The notes beneath the pieces were generated by a model. That model saw only the letters and a list, made by a program, of their open reading frames with translations. It did not search any database and was not told the origin of the DNA. Made by a program: the position numbers and the translations under genes. This document shows positions 40,007-52,087 of a stretch of 54,945 bases of DNA, in pieces; within the stretch, counting starts at the first letter, position 1; every line of letters begins with the position of its first letter. This DNA is from Octopus bimaculoides. Taxonomy: Eukaryota. The stretch lies in assembly GCF_001194135.2 (NCBI RefSeq), contig NC_069003.1, positions 30,551,885 to 30,606,829 of the forward strand, written 5' to 3'.

Positions 40007-40308
40007 GTAAGTTCTATTTGTAGTTGTCGTCGTTGTTGTTGTTGTTGTGGATGTTTTTGTCATCATAATTGTTGTTGTTTAGTGTTTAACCCTAGGTGAA
40101 CTACCTGTTTCAAACAGACCTATGATCAAAACATATCTCAGCCATCCTTCCTTTCCCTTGGGACATAATGCATCTACAGCTAACAAGATTACCTTTCATT
40201 TCCTGTTCTTCTTTTAAGACAATAATAAGTAAAGTATATTTTGAGGGAGATTTTGCTACTATTTCTAGCATGGTGAATATACCAAATAGTCTCTTTCAAG
40301 ACCTATAC

Positions 40309-40496
40309 TACCATATTTTCCAGTATACAAGCTGATGCATAATATGTAAACCTTAAAAAAAAATCATTACTATCTCTCCGTTTTACATGGAATTTTTGGT
40401 CCCCTAAAATTGTCTTGGTGTATATAAGTTAATCTACCTGTTTTGCCTGTAAATTTGGGTTTGAAAAATTCAACTTGTATGCCTGAAAATATGGTA
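40309..40496. mobile_element. Tc2/pogo-like MITE, copy 1
   Basis: TIRs taccatattttccagtatacaagctga / tcaacttgtatgcctgaaaatatggta, with TA ends. Confidence 0.75.
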
Positions 40497-40593
40497 TATG
40501 AGACAGAAGGATGCAACATGAAAGAAATTTAGCTGCTGTTTCTAATAGGTCTAGTGACATGGTAGAGGTTTCTTGTGTTAGTTTATGCATACA

Positions 40594-40807
40594 TACAGTA
40601 TTTTATAACATACAAGCCAACATAGTGTATAGTGTAAACATGTAGTGTAAGCATCCATACATTGTCAGTATCTTTCCAAATCCTGCTGCATTTTCCATGA
40701 AAATTTTGGTGCCCTATAGTCATCTTAATGTATACAAGTTGGTCTACTTGTTTTGCCTGTAAATTTTGGTTTGAAAGATTCAACATGTATACTTGCAAAA
40801 TACTGTA
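40594..40807. mobile_element. Tc2/pogo-like MITE, copy 2
   Basis: TIRs tacagtatttt...atacaag / atgtatac...aaaatactgta. Shared interior (ttttgcctgtaaattttggtttgaaa). Confidence 0.72.
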
Positions 40808-41037
40808 TACGATGCAGCAACAACATCTGTAAATAAACTTTTTATTTTGTTTTTAGAAGCATTGAATGTATATTGTATTGTACAGACAAGAATGCAGTGT
40901 AGCTGTGAAAACAACAAAGATTGGGTAATGTCCAATCTTTATTGTTTTCATGGCTATACTGTGTTCGAAATATTACCTTCTTGTCTGTACGATACTGTAT
41001 ATGATATTAGAATATCAGAAATAGAGACCATCCATTT

Positions 41038-41227
41038 TGTATTTTCTGGCATACAAGTCAACATAATATTCAGTATAAGGATGTAGTATAAACATTCAAA
41101 TGTTGTCACCATCTTTCTAAATCCTGCTTCATTTCACATGAAAGTTTTGCTTTCCTAAAGATGTCTACGTTTTTTTTCACAGTAAATTTTGGATCTGAAA
41201 AATTTGACTTATATGCCAGAAAATACA
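41038..41227. mobile_element. Tc2/pogo-like MITE, copy 3
   Basis: 24-bp TIR tgtattttctggcatacaagtcaa / ttgacttatatgccagaaaataca (1 mismatch). Confidence 0.8.
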
Positions 41228-41319
41228 ATATATATTATATATATATTTTGTATCACCTAACTGTGTGGATGTTTTGCGTTCTTGTCCCATTTTGTATTTT
41301 TTATATATAAAATATATAC

Positions 41320-41365
<46 letters not shown>

Positions 41366-42123
41366 CACATGCCGTCAGGAATTACTCAGGATAGGCAGTT
41401 GGTGACCTTTATGTAGTAAAACACAAAAAACAAAAGTGAAACACAGATGCATGGCTGAGTTGGAGGCAGATTTACTTCTGCCTTTATAGCGCATATAGAA
41501 AACGTTGTAGGAGGCATGTACGCAGCATGCTTACTACAGCAGTTCTATGCATAGCTTTAATACTGAGATTGAAAGGCAGCAGTGAATTATGCCTACCTAA
41601 TCTACAAAAAAATTAAATATTTTGTATTTTATGCATAGTAATCAGAGTAACCTTTGTAATTTTATTGAATTAGGTGCATATTTTGACATAAAAGGAAAAT
41701 ATTACTATCGATCTATTTTATTCAGGGCATGTGTTGCGTACCTTGCCTACCCAGGCAGCACATCTTAGTGGTTAGGGCATTCGGTTGTTGATAGTAAGGT
41801 TGTGTGTTTGATTCCCGGCGACGCATTGTGTCCTTGAGCAAGACACTTTATTTCCCGTTGCTCCAGTCTGCTCAGCTGGTGAAAATGAGTAGTACCTGTA
41901 ATTCAAAGGGGCCAGCCTTTCATACTCTGTCATGTTGAATCTCCCTAAGAACTACGTTAAGGGTACATGTGTCTGTGGAGTGCTCAACCACTTGCATGTT
42001 GATTTCATGAGCAGGCTGTTCCGTTGATCGTATCAACTGGGACCCTCATTGTCATTAACTCATGGAATGCTCCTTTATATATATATATATATATAGATAT
42101 AGATATACATATACATACATACA

Positions 42124-42296
42124 TTGTATTTTCATGGAAAAAGTCAGCATAGCCTAAACATTCAAACATTGTCTCTATCTTCAGATTGAGTCTTTGGTAC
42201 CCCTAAAGTTGTCCTGGTGTATATAAGTTAAGCCACGTGTTATGTCTGTATGGTTTTGGTCTGAAAAATTTGACTTGTATTCTGGAAAATATGGTA
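42124..42296. mobile_element. Tc2/pogo-like MITE, copy 4
   Basis: Same interior and right end (aaaatttgacttgtattctggaaaatatggta). Confidence 0.68.
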
Positions 42297-42606
42297 CTTT
42301 TCCTGTGTGCAAGGTGGCATGCAGAAGAAATGTATGATCGTGTGTGCTGAAACATTAGGTTATGAGGTGTGGTTCCTCTCTCGCCTTTTTTGCAATAATG
42401 TAGAATTAAAATGTCTCACCTGACCTTGTGCCCAGTTACGAAAATACTGGGAAACAGTGTTACATGGTCCTAATGATTGCTTCCTAGAATACAAAGGAAT
42501 AGTGTCATTTACTCTCAGAACCTAGTAACTGAAATTCAAGATAAAACAGTAAAACCGGATCCCTTGTGTGAATACATACATATATGCGTGTGTATGTGAT
42601 ATATGA

Positions 42607-42643
<37 letters not shown>

Positions 42644-42667
42644 NNNNNNNNNNTATGTGATATATGA

Positions 42668-42706
<39 letters not shown>

Positions 42707-42828
42707 AATGATATATATCTGTGTGCATGATATATAAGTATATATATATATATAAATGTAAATATATTAAGTGCATGTGTACTTACATGCATATTAAGTG
42801 CCTGTAAATAATATATATTAAGTGCATG

Positions 42829-43572
42829 TATCAGGTTATTAAGAATGAAATGTTCAATTTTCACATGCCCAAAGTTTGACAGTCATTTTATCCCAACAAT
42901 TCTTTGTTATACAACATAGAAGAGTTACATCATCAGTTTTCAAAATCCAATTCATGGTGTCTGGTTATATTGTGAGTTTTCTCTTGTAAATCAATTTTTG
43001 TGAACCCATGGATAGATAAAAAATTTGTGTTGTTTATGAATATGAGATCTGTTGTGGAAGCAGTGCATCCCAGACAGCTCGAAACATCAATGAGGTGTTT
43101 GGTAATGATGTGACAAATGAGCGCACTGTACGTCAGTGGTTTGAGAAGTTCTGGTCTGGTGACTTTACTCTTGAAAATCAACCCGGTGGTAGACCTGAGA
43201 CCAAGATGGATAATGATGAGCTGGAAACTGTAGTGGAAGCTAATACATCTCAAAGTATGTTTGAGTTAGCAGCAAGGTTTGATGTTTCGATTCCAACTGT
43301 ATCATCTAAAACAAATTGGCATGGTAAAGAAGCTGGACATGTGGGTACCACATGAACTGATCAAGCATCAAATGACACATGATCTTGAAACTTGCTGTTC
43401 TTTGCATGAAAGCCATTTTTGCATTGTATTGTTACATGTAATGAAAAATTGATTTTCTTCAACAATAGCAAATGTTCTGTATGGTGGCTGGATGAGAGAT
43501 GAAGTGCCCAAACACAATCCAAATAAAAATATTCACCAAAGGAAGTTAATGGTGTTTGTTTGGTGGTCCAGC
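42829..43572 (+). pseudogene. Decayed, 3'-truncated mariner (Mos1/Hsmar-like) transposase
   Basis: Reads ...TARNINEVFGNDVTNERTVRQWFEKFWSGDFTLENQPGGRPETKMDNDELETVVEAN..., then after a frameshift KLDMWVPHEL, then ...IHQRKLMVFVWW. It has stops and frameshifts. Possible left end TAtcaggtt at 42829. Confidence 0.9.
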
Positions 43573-43636
43573 GTGTGTGTGTCTCTTTAAATATATCTAT
43601 GTTGTATAGATCAATATATATATATATATCTGTATA

Positions 43637-43777
43637 TAGTTGTGACTGAAAATTTGGAACATAGGTTTGAAAATTAGAATTTTTATATTAAATACCCAAA
43701 TATATTTGAATCAAATTGTACTTGAGCAAAAGAATTTTAATTTTTAAAAAAATGTTCCACACTTTTGGCCGTGACTG
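43637..43777. mobile_element. Short Tc1-like MITE
   Basis: The right end reads TAcagtcacggccaaaagtgtggaacat on the - strand, a Tc1-type terminus. A degenerate partner tagttgtgactgaaaatttggaacat lies at the left. TA flanks. Confidence 0.55.
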
Positions 43778-43908
43778 TATATATATATATATATNNNNNN
43801 NNNNNNNNNNNNNNNNNNNNNNNNNNNNNNNNNNNNNNNNNNNNNNNNNNNNNNNNNNNNNNNNNNNNNNNNNNNNNNNNNNNNNNNNNNNNNNNNNNNN
43901 NNNNNNNN

Positions 43909-44184
43909 TATATGTATGTATATTCATATATATATGTATGTATATTCATATATATATGTATGTATATTCATATATATATGTATGTATATTCATATATATA
44001 TGTATGTATATTCATATATATATGTATGTATATTCATATATATATATATGTATATTCATATATATATGTATGTATATTCATATATATATATATGTATATT
44101 CATATATATATATATGTATATTCATATATATACATATGTATATTCATATATATATATATATGTATATTCATATATATATATATC
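43909..44184. repeat. Minisatellite, ~22-26-nt unit (tatgtatgtatattcatatata), ~12 copies
   Basis: Directly visible. It extends into the gap at 43795-43908. Confidence 0.92.
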
Positions 44185-44322
44185 ATTAAAACCTTTTTCA
44201 TGCATCATGGCAGCTCTTTATCTTTGCCTTCCAATTTTCTCGTTTGCCCACCGTTTTCCATTTCTTCTCCCTTCTTTCCTGTGTCTTAATTCTTTTCATT
44301 TATTGATGTTTTATTTCGACAG

Positions 44323-44477
44323 GGCGACCCAGACCACCTCGAGGTGGTCGTCGACAAAATAACCCTTCTCCTGGACCAGAATCTGATTTAGAGAGGGTCT
44401 TCGTATGGGATTTGGACGAAACCATTATCATTTTCCACTCTCTTCTCACAAGTACATATGCACAAAGATATGGAAAG
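44323..44477 (+). CDS. eya: Eya exon (155 nt): basic linker plus start of the Eya HAD phosphatase domain, [51 protein letters not shown]
   Basis: Acceptor ttttatttcgacag|GG and donor AAG|gtaggt. [18 protein letters not shown] is near-identical to Drosophila and vertebrate Eya. HAD motif I (DLDET) is intact. Confidence 0.99.
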
Positions 44478-44880
44478 GTAGGTCTTCCATTCATTTATTG
44501 CTCACGCATGTATGTCCATGCATACATGTGTATATGCAGACACATGTGTGCATGTTCGCGTTTTATATTTTGTTTTTTTAATTTTTGAAGGATTTTACAT
44601 ATTTCTTTCTGTAACGTTTTGAGTATATTTGGGACAATCTGACGTGTTTGAAATAAAACTTTTTCCATGGGTGGGATGGTTTCACAAGAGACAGCTAAGC
44701 AGAAGCCTGCACCAGATTTCCCTGACTGTTTTGGCAGGATTTGGCAGGTGTTAGGATGTTCTTCCTAACACCTGCCACTCAGCAGAGTGGACTTAGTGCT
44801 TTTTACTTGGCACAAGCACAAGTGAACGCCCTTCCGAACACCAACCACTTCATATTATAGACTGATATATATATCTCCAT

Positions 44881-45190
44881 AATCATCATCATTATTTAAT
44901 GCCCGTTGTCCATGCTGACAAGAGTTGGATGGTGTAACCAGAGCTGGAGAGCTGCACCAGACTTCAGTCTAATTCAGCCTGGTTTCTATGGCTCGATGGC
45001 CTTACTATCGCCAACCACTTCACAGAGCGTGCCAAGTTCTTTTACATAGCACCGCACAAGCACACCTACATGGCACTGGCACCATTACAGGTCGGCAGAC
45101 CAATCCTCTTTGCCAGGGGGCACGGCTTTAAAACTTCTGCTATGGAGTACGGGTCTTCTTGAGTACAAGGCACCAGGTATCTCGCTCTTA
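44881..45190 (-). mobile_element. Older, diverged RTE-type 3' end
   Basis: Degenerate (cat)n tail, 3' UTR, and the reverse complement of the RT C-terminal codons (gggtcttcttgagtacaaggcaccaggtatctcg). Confidence 0.65.
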
Positions 45191-45202
45191 GTGTATATAG
45201 AT

Positions 45203-45397
45203 ATTCAAAGAAGTACTGAAAAGTTCCGGGCTTTGGGTGAGAGATTTTATTCACTGTATTCCTCTCTCAGATTCACACACATATTGCAGCAGTCCTTCAG
45301 TTTTTCTAGGCCCTGTAAAAGAACTCAGAAGGTTGGGCCTCCAACCAGGCCTTTCATGATACCCTTAAAGCCAGGAAGTTTTCAGCACTCCCTTGTA
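45203..45397 (-). mobile_element. Mariner-derived MITE, inverted copy of 25461-25683
   Basis: Reverse-complement similarity throughout. TIRs gtactgaaaagttccgggcttt / aaagccaggaagttttcagcac. Confidence 0.78.
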
Positions 45398-46269
45398 CAT
45401 ACATACATGCAGACTCAACAGATGAGATCCAGAGATGCTTAGTATGGAAAACATGTAGTGCTCAAATGATTAATATTATTCTTATAATATTAATGTAGGA
45501 TATAGAATATGGAATATATAGTATATATAGTGTAGTAAAATGAAATGGCGTATTGAATGTCTTATTGAATAAAATGAAAGATTGAATATTATGTTTGTTG
45601 TGTATGTATGTGTTTGTCTTCAAGAGCTATAATGTTGAAGTAACTGATAACTTAGACCAGCTCTGTCTGAGTGCTAATTGTTTGAACACTTAAGCCTTAG
45701 GTGTAACTTTTGAAGTGTCAGCTCACTCACACACACACACACACACTCCTGCTACAAGTATGTATTTAACGATGGAATTTTTCCAATCTTTATACACATA
45801 TATTGTTTGTGCTAACGTATAAATTAACTTGTGTATGTATATATAAAGACACACACACATACACACACAATTAAACCCTTGTGATGGGTGGTCATTATTT
45901 CCTTTATGTTATTGTCTTTAAACAAGTTCCTGATATTATTCAGTTGGGAATTCCGTAGGAAAGAAAAAGAAAGAGTATATCTTTTATCTATCATCTCCTG
46001 GTTTCAATCATTGGACTGCGGCCATAATAGGTCTAAAATGCCTGTATTCTTGAGTTTTGCATCATAGCTCTTCCAACCGGCTCAGATAATCAACTGGAAA
46101 AAACGGGGAAACGCAAATGTGGAGTATTCACATTGCAGATTTGAAAATTTAAAATTTACATCAAAGAGTAAAGGTGCATGAGCATACTCATTTATTTATT
46201 TTTATTTTATTTTTTTTTGTACACATTATAAAGATCTTAAAAGTTTCTAGTCTCCGTAGTGCTGTACAG

Positions 46270-46566
46270 CAGGGGTTTTCAAACTTTTTGACTTGCAGAC
46301 CCCTTTATATTTCAGGCTTTACCTTAGGGACCCCCTTATAAACGCTTATGAAATTTATACATAAATATTTGCTTAAAATAACATATATTTTTACATTTAT
46401 TTATTTAACAGTATTTAACAGATAGGTTTATTGTCAATTAAAAGATTTCGATTAAAAAACATATATAAAATCAAATTGCCAATAAAAAGTATTTGCTGTC
46501 CACGGACTCCCTGTCTTGTCCTTACGGACCCCCTGTGGTCCGCGGACCACAGTTTGAAAACCCCTG
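46270..46566. mobile_element. hAT (Charlie-like) MITE, second copy, same orientation
   Basis: Perfect TIR caggggttttcaaact / agtttgaaaacccctg. TSD ctgtacag / atgtacag (7/8). The interior is nearly identical to 15079-15378. Confidence 0.93.
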
Positions 46567-49541
46567 ATGTACAGCACTATTTCGTCCTTCTTTGGAACTG
46601 TCAGTATGGCATAACACAAGATAAATCAATTAAGCTAAATTCAACCATTTTTATGAAGTTAGACATTTCTTGTAAAGAGGAAATAATTTATAATTAAAAA
46701 GGCATTCCTGTGTTCTTTTTGTTTTTTATTTTGTTTGTTTTTTATTTTGTTTGTTTTGTTTTGCTTTTTGTTCATCCTGGCTCATTAATTGTTGAGGGAA
46801 CAGATAGTGAAGGAAGTTCATGTATACAAATAAAGTGAGGGAGAGGCTGTGATGCCTAATGACATTTTCCTCTCCCCTTCTTTTTTTTCTTAGTTTTTGT
46901 GCTATTTTTTGTTGACTTATCTTTTGTTTTTGTTTTGTTTTTTAGTTTTTTCTGAGTGTTTGATCTTTTTCTTGTTGTTGTCATTGTTGTTGTTGCCCGG
47001 TGCATTAAAACAGTTTGTAATCATCTCCCATTATCTGCAGTTATCTTTCAATTTCCGGGTTGCCACTGCTATTGTAATCAGCTTGTTTAATAATAAATAC
47101 ATATGATAACTGTTGGTGAGGAGGCACAGAGAGAGAGAAATGATTGTGTTGTTGTGGGATGGGAGAGGGCAGGAGACATACTGCATGTATTGTAGGGGTG
47201 GTAGTGGAGCTAGGGATGATAGTGTTAGTGGTCCTAGAGATGGTGCTGGGCTAATGGTGAGGGTGGTGTTGGTATTAGAGCATGTTTGCATTGTAAGGCG
47301 TTGACAGTGTTTAGTGGTGGTGGAGCCGATTGTAATGTAAGGGTCGTAGTAATGTTAGTGTTTTCAGTGGTGGTGGTGGTGGTATTGTCCATTGTAACAT
47401 TGTGGCCAAATAATGTTGGCCTGGCAGTAGTGTTGGAGGAAAAGTTAGAGGTGATGGTGGTAGTGCTAGGGTTTGTTTGCATTGTAGGGGTGATAGTATT
47501 TAGTGGTCCTGAAGATGGTAGTGTTTTTGGAAGTGGTGGTGGTGGTGTCATTAGCCCTGTAGGGTGTAGGTGGTGTTCATGGTCATGGTAGTGTTATGTA
47601 GTGTTTTGTCTGTCCATTGTGTTGGTGGTGACAGTGGCACCAGCTATGGTGTCCATCCAGGACCGATGGAGAGGACGTGGGGGGGTTCAAGGCTGACTGT
47701 TGGCTGCAGTGGTAGCTTATAAAGTGGGACAGTGATGATAGTGGTCATTGGAAGGTCAAACTCTGAAAGGACAATCTAGCTATGACCATCCCAGTATTTT
47801 TTGGGTATCTTCATTTATCATTTTGTTTCAGTCATTGGACTGGGGCCATGCTGGAGCACCACCTTGAAGGATTTTTTTTTAGTCAAATGAAATTGACCCC
47901 AGTACTTACTTTTTAAGCCTTGTACTTATTTTATCGGTCTTATTTGCTGAACCACCAAGTTGTGGGGACATAAACCAAGAAAGGTTGTCAGACACGCACT
48001 CATATATATACATGTGTGTGTGTCTGTGTTTGTCCCCTACATCACTTGACAACTGATGGTGGTGTGTTTACGTCCCCGTAACTTAGCAATTCGACAAAAA
48101 GAGACCGATACAATAAGTACTAGGCTTACAAAGAATAAGTCCTGTGGTCAATTTGCTCAACTAAAGGTGGTGCTCCAGCATGGCCACAGTCAAATGGCTG
48201 AAACAAGTAAAAGAGTATATATATATATATATATNNNNNNNNNNNNNNNNNNNNNNNNNNNNNNNNNNNNNNNNNNNNNNNNNNNNNNNNNNNNNNNNNN
48301 NNNNNNNNNNNNNNNNNNNNNNNNNNNNNNNNNNNNNNNNNNNNNNNNNNNNNNNNNNNNNNNNNNNNNNNNNNNNNNNNNNNNNNNNNNNNNNNNNNNN
48401 NNNNNNNNNNNNNNNNNNNNNNNNNNNNNNNNNNNNNNNNNNNNNNNNNNNNNNNNNNNNNNNNGTGGTGATGTAGAAAGACTACTGCCTGTATGGTGGT
48501 ATTGGTGAGTGGGGTTGTATGTAAAGTAACCCTAGGTGAGCGGGAGGGGCACTGCTTTGGGATAGTTAGCTGTGTGGGTATGAATCTGGAATATTTGCCA
48601 TTGGAATGTGTAGCTTTGGTTTGATGGTGAAAGGGAATGAGGGATGTTTTATTGTTAATGATGTGAAAGTGTCTAGGTGTGTGTGTGTCTGTGTCTGTAG
48701 GATGAACGCATAATCTACAGCTGGCTATGGCCTCTGTGTGTGTGTGAATTTCTATTAGTTAAAGAATTAAAGAAAATACTTTTAAATGTGTGTGTATGTT
48801 TGTATTTAAACATGTGTGTATATAGATAGGTGTGTGTGCATGTCAATGTCTCTCTGTAAAGAACACATGTATGTTTATATGCAAATACATGCGCGTGTTC
48901 ATATATAAACACATGCGTGTGTGTGTATGTAGATATGTCTGTGCGTATGTATATAAATACCTGTGTTTTGTATGCATATACATGTGTGTACATGTGTTAC
49001 ATTAGTGACCATATGGCGGACAATGTGTGCGTGTGTGTATACAAAGCAGTTGGATGTACTTGTAGAAACCCCTTGATATACATGTGGGGCAGGTATATAT
49101 AATTCTCTCTCTCTCTATACATACATACACTGATGTCTCTGTTAGATGACCACCACAGCTATCTCCTCCTCCGCCTCCTCTTCCTAACATGTACAACTGG
49201 GAGGGAAGGAATCTGGTAGTTAAAATACTTAGCAACACTGGGCTTGTATTATTGTTGTTTCGCCTTCCATCCTGTTCCTTCCCTTGAGGATACAGCAAGA
49301 GAGAGACAGAGAGTGTGTGTGTGTGTTGTCAGCTCTTATCATTCCAGGGTTTTTAATTTGTCAAGGCCTCTCTCCCTGATCCCCTCCACTCCACTGACAG
49401 CTGTGTGTAATTTCCTCAGTACTGCGCATACACTTGTGTACATAAGTGTGTACATGTGTACGCGTCTATGCATACATACACATCACACAAATAGCTGTAG
49501 TTGTGTGTCGTATATAGGTGTGTATGTGTATAGATGTATTT

Positions 49542-49576
<35 letters not shown>

Positions 49577-49581
49577 AGATG

Positions 49582-49637
<56 letters not shown>

Positions 49638-49675
49638 ATGTATAGTCACAGGCTTGGCTGTGTGGTAAGAAGCTT

Positions 49676-49885
49676 TAAGGTGGCGAGCTGGCAGAAACGT
49701 TAGCATGCTGGGCGAAATGCTTAGCGGTATTTCATTTGTCTTTACATTCTGAGTTCAAATTCCGCCGAGGTCGACTTTGCCTTTCAAAATTTTGGGGATC
49801 GACAAATTAAGTACCAGTTGCATACTGGAGTCGACCTAATCGACTAGCCCCTTCCCCACCTTAATTTCGGGCCTTGTGCCTAGAG
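49676..49885 (+). mobile_element. tRNA-derived SINE family A (~210 bp, (ATT)n tail), best-preserved copy
   Basis: ggtggcgagctggcagaaacgttagc (A box)...gagttcaaattcc (B box)...gactttgcctttca...aagtaccagtt...ggccttgtgcc. Other copies: + ~4913-5128, 14955-15430, 16000-16190, 16484-16660, 18139-18340, 21640-21840, 33835-34010, 35583-35810, 51505-51730; - ~9211-9430, 9461-9672, 16740-16885. Confidence 0.85.
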
Positions 49886-50236
49886 TATAAAAGAAAATGT
49901 TTTTATTTAGTTCAATGTGATTTAGTTTTGCAGGCTACTTACAGAACCTTAGCTGATTCAGTCTCACCATTGCAAGACTTCTTATATGGGACTCATGGTG
50001 CATAAAAGCACTCGTTTTCATATCATCGTATGATAGGCTTCTTCACAGTGTCCATGTACCAAATTTATTTGCAAGCCATTGGTCAGTCCTGGGTAGGAAG
50101 GGCTCTAGTAGAAGACAAAGCACTTCCTGAAATTGCCATGCAGCAGGCCTGAACACAAGATCACATAATCTTGGTTCAGAAAGAAAAGTTCCTGAACCAT
50201 TCAGCCATACCAGCAACCTATTCCGTTTGGAATCTA

Positions 50237-50490
50237 TTTACCCATTTGTGCCGAAATTTTTCTAGTGAATGAAATTGCCTGAAAATTCACAGATACTATT
50301 ATTTTGATCTAAATGACAACTGAAAAAAATTTCGTTGAAATCCATTTAATACAGACTGCATACGCGTTAAGAACATGTTTCATTTTTTGATACAGATCAC
50401 ACACAAATCACAATTTGTATCAAGTATTTGTTTTATACCCTTATAAATTAAGGGTCAGTTTAAAATGGACGATTGAGTTGAATGGGTTAA
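50237..50490. mobile_element. TTAA-type MITE
   Basis: Ends ttta-cccatt ... aatggg-ttaa. Confidence 0.5.
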
Positions 50491-50599
50491 CATGATATTA
50501 ACATTTGGTTAAGAGTACCTTCGTTTTACTTTCGCTGTTGTTCTTGTTTTCTTCCATGTAACTATGGCAACAAATTTCCTTTCAATGGACTACTTCACA

Positions 50600-50810
50600 A
50601 CACTGAAGCTTTCGGAGGAGATGACAAAAGACCGAGATATCTGGTACCTTGCTGTACTCAAGAAGACCCATCCTTCGCAGCACAAGTGTTGAGACTGCTC
50701 TTCCTGGTGAAGGGGATTGGCCTTCAAGGGTCCTGTTTTGGTGCCATGTAAAGAGCAGTTGTGCTGGTGCTGCTGTGTAAAGGCACTCATGCCAGTATCA
50801 TGTTAAAATC
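50600..50810 (+). mobile_element. RTE-type LINE remnant: RT C-terminal peptide TLKLSEEMTKDRDIWYLAVLKKTHPSQHKC* plus 3' UTR
   Basis: The peptide resembles the non-LTR RT C-terminal ...T.DR..WR..V motif. Homologous pieces lie at ~26570-26700 (+) and ~45150-45190 (-). Confidence 0.65.
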
Positions 50811-50821
50811 TTCTGGCCCTC

Positions 50822-51160
50822 AAAGGCACACAGCTCAGTGGTTAGAGCGTCAAGCTCACAATCGTGAGGTAGTGAGTTCGATTCCTGGACTGGGGAGTGT
50901 ATTGTGTTCTTGAGCAAGACACTTTATTTCACGTTGCACCAGTTCACTCAGCTGTTGAAATGAGTTGCAACATCACTGGTGCCAACCTGTATCGGCCCCT
51001 TTTGCCTTTCCCTTGGATAACATCAGTGGTGCAGAGAGGAGAGGCTTGTATGCAGGGGCAACTGCTGGTCTTCCATAAACGACCTTACGCAGACTTGTGC
51101 CTTGAAGGAGAACTTTCTAGGTGTAATCGCATGGTCATTCACGACTGAAGGGGGTCTCTA
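50822..51160 (+). mobile_element. tRNA-derived SINE family C
   Basis: A box agctcagtgg and B box gagttcgattcc, then tgttcttgagcaagacactttatttcacg. Related copies at ~60-165, 23385-23655, 41760-42060 (different body) and 54695-54790. Confidence 0.82.
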
Positions 51161-52011
51161 GCTTACATTAGGAAGAGCATCCAGCTGTAGGAACCAAGCC
51201 ATATCAGACTAGAACCTGGTGCAGCTCTCGAGCATTAAAGGGCAGTGGTGGTGTGGTGTGGTGGTGGTAGTGGTGTGACCTTGTCTTCAGTTTTTTCAAT
51301 TTATTAATTTTATTTACTTGAAGGGTTTCATGGTTGTAGATATTTGATTTTGCAGTAAAATTAGTCAGTTTTCTATACAGACCAAATAATATAACAGTTT
51401 TTTTGTTTTTTTTCTTGAATATTTCTTTTCTTTTTCTCTCTTCTGAATATTATATGACAATAACAATTGACAGCAAGTTTAATTACTTAAAATCGTTAAC
51501 AGTTGGCTGTCAGTATCATTAGAGCATCAGACGAAATGCTTTATGATTACTTCTGGCTCGCTACATTCTGAGTTCAAATCCTGCCAACATCGGCTTTGCC
51601 TTTTGCCCTTCACCCCTCTAAGATTGATGTAATAAAGCAGTAGTTAATGATTAGGGTTGATCTCATCAACTGATCTCCTCTCTTTTAAATTGTTGGCCTT
51701 GTGCCAAAATTAGAAAGCGTTTATTATTTTGGTGGTGAGTTGGTAGAGTTGTTAGCAAACTGGCCAATGCTTAGCAGCATTTCATCTGTCTTTACATTCT
51801 TTTTTTCCCCCAAATACATTGCACTTCATATTCAAGGCTCTGATGAAGCAATAATGTGTTGCTCAGGCACTCGACTATCAGTGCATTGCATCCTTTAGCA
51901 GAAACAGCTGTAAGCTAATGAAGTTCACAAGATAATCATTTATTCCTTTCCCATCTCTTTTTCTTACTTTCGCTCTATACTCATCTAAACATTTTATTCT
52001 GAAACATATCA

Positions 52012-52087
52012 ACGATGGGCTGATGAAAAGCTCTTGGTTTTGGGTAAAAGAAAATACAGGAGGATCAGTTAATTACGATTTTATTCA
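52012..52087 (-). mobile_element. Mariner-derived MITE fragment cut by an N-gap
   Basis: TIR-like acgatgggctgatgaaaagctcttggttt, followed by aaaatacaggaggatcagttaatta, the reverse complement of 25620-25645. Confidence 0.65.

Larger units (their letters stand above)
16342..44477 (+). other. eya: eyes absent (Eya) gene, partial: span of recognisable exons; the gene extends beyond this span on both sides
   Basis: Four to five AG/GT-bounded exons splice with consistent phases (1/0, 0/1, 1/1, 1/1, 1/0) into one open reading frame. It ends in ...[30 protein letters not shown]..., the diagnostic start of the Eya domain. Confidence 0.97.

Noticed and set aside
47100-47640. Thr/Pro-rich mucin-like (-) and Val-rich (+) ORFs
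   Set aside because: GGT/GT-rich low-complexity DNA with no splice or domain support.
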